A stretch of 25,838 bases of DNA from a virus (taxonomy: Duplodnaviria > Caudoviricetes): positions 1 to 25,838 of the IMG/VR virus record IMGVR_UViG_3300020045_006224; one strand, given 5' to 3'. Made by a program: the position numbers and the translations under genes. Positions 25,291 through 25,838 of this stretch are shown here, piece after piece. The notes under the pieces are model-generated. The model did no database searches and was not told the DNA's origin. It worked only from the letters and a program-made list of their open reading frames with translations. The first letter of the stretch is position 1; every line of letters starts with the position of its first letter.

Positions 25291-25838
25291 ATGATAGGTA
25301 TTTATAAAATAACTTCACCGACAAAAAAAGTTTATATTGGCCAATCTGTTAATATTGAGCGTAGATTTTCAACTTATAAAAGAAACAATCCTATAAATAA
25401 ACAACCTCGTTTATATGGTTCTTTTAAAAAATATGGTATTTATAATCATCAGTTTGAAATAGTTTGCGAGTGTGAAATTAACGAACTAAATGATAAAGAA
25501 CGATACTACCAAGATTTATTTAGTGCTACTGGTAAAAATAGTCTTAATTGTATTTTACAGCAAACTAAAAATTTAGATTATTTTTCTAGTTTAGAAACAA
25601 GAAAAAAAATATCTGAAAAAGCCAAAGGAAGAAAACACACAATTGAAACTAAATTAAAATTAAGTTTAATGCATATGGGTAAAAAATTATCTCCAGAACA
25701 TAAAGAAAAATTAAGGCTTAAATTAATTGGAAGAAAAGGACACTCTAAAAAAGCAAGTAAAGAAACAAAATTAAAATGCAGAATAAATGCAACTAAACAT
25801 TTATCTAAAATTGTTTTAGATTTTCAGACTGGCGTTTT
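25291..25838 (+). CDS. GIY-YIG homing endonuclease with NUMOD3-like repeats (runs off window)
   Basis: MIGIYKITSPTKKVYIGQS...R; repeats SLETRKKISEKAKGRKHTIETKLKLS. Confidence 0.9.
   Translation, partial: MIGIYKITSPTKKVYIGQSVNIERRFSTYKRNNPINKQPRLYGSFKKYGIYNHQFEIVCECEINELNDKERYYQDLFSATGKNSLNCILQQTKNLDYFSSLETRKKISEKAKGRKHTIETKLKLSLMHMGKKLSPEHKEKLRLKLIGRKGHSKKASKETKLKCRINATKHLSKIVLDFQTGV

Noticed and set aside
1-25838. Genome-wide stop-codon reassignment
   Set aside because: Genes tile densely under the standard code, and TGA/TAG end genes at ATGA overlaps and cassette boundaries
25185-25838. Group I intron hosting the GIY-YIG gene
   Set aside because: No interrupted gene or intron core is visible upstream; downstream context is outside the window

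Overview
AT-rich window of a tailed (siphovirus-like) phage or prophage of a Flavobacteriaceae/Bacteroidota host, inferred from repeated TAnnTTTG promoter motifs, A-rich SD-less starts and signal peptides cleaved before Gln. Layout from left to right: tail morphogenesis genes (1-7957) with a tRNA-like element; a self-contained insert ending in a circularly permuted (two-piece) tmRNA gene (about 8010-9790); two signal-peptide-bearing fibre/adhesin-like genes; a lysis module (13466-15317); a leftward operon of small genes (15301-19252); a divergent promoter region; and a rightward recombination/early operon ending in a truncated GIY-YIG endonuclease. The most striking structure is 15464-17901. 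It holds six attC-like hairpins delimiting gene cassettes whose two ends are reverse-complementary, plus an attI-like half site. The genes run opposite to the classical cassette orientation, no integrase is in the window, and a small RHH-like gene sits where intI would be. All calls were made by eye; no database searches were run.
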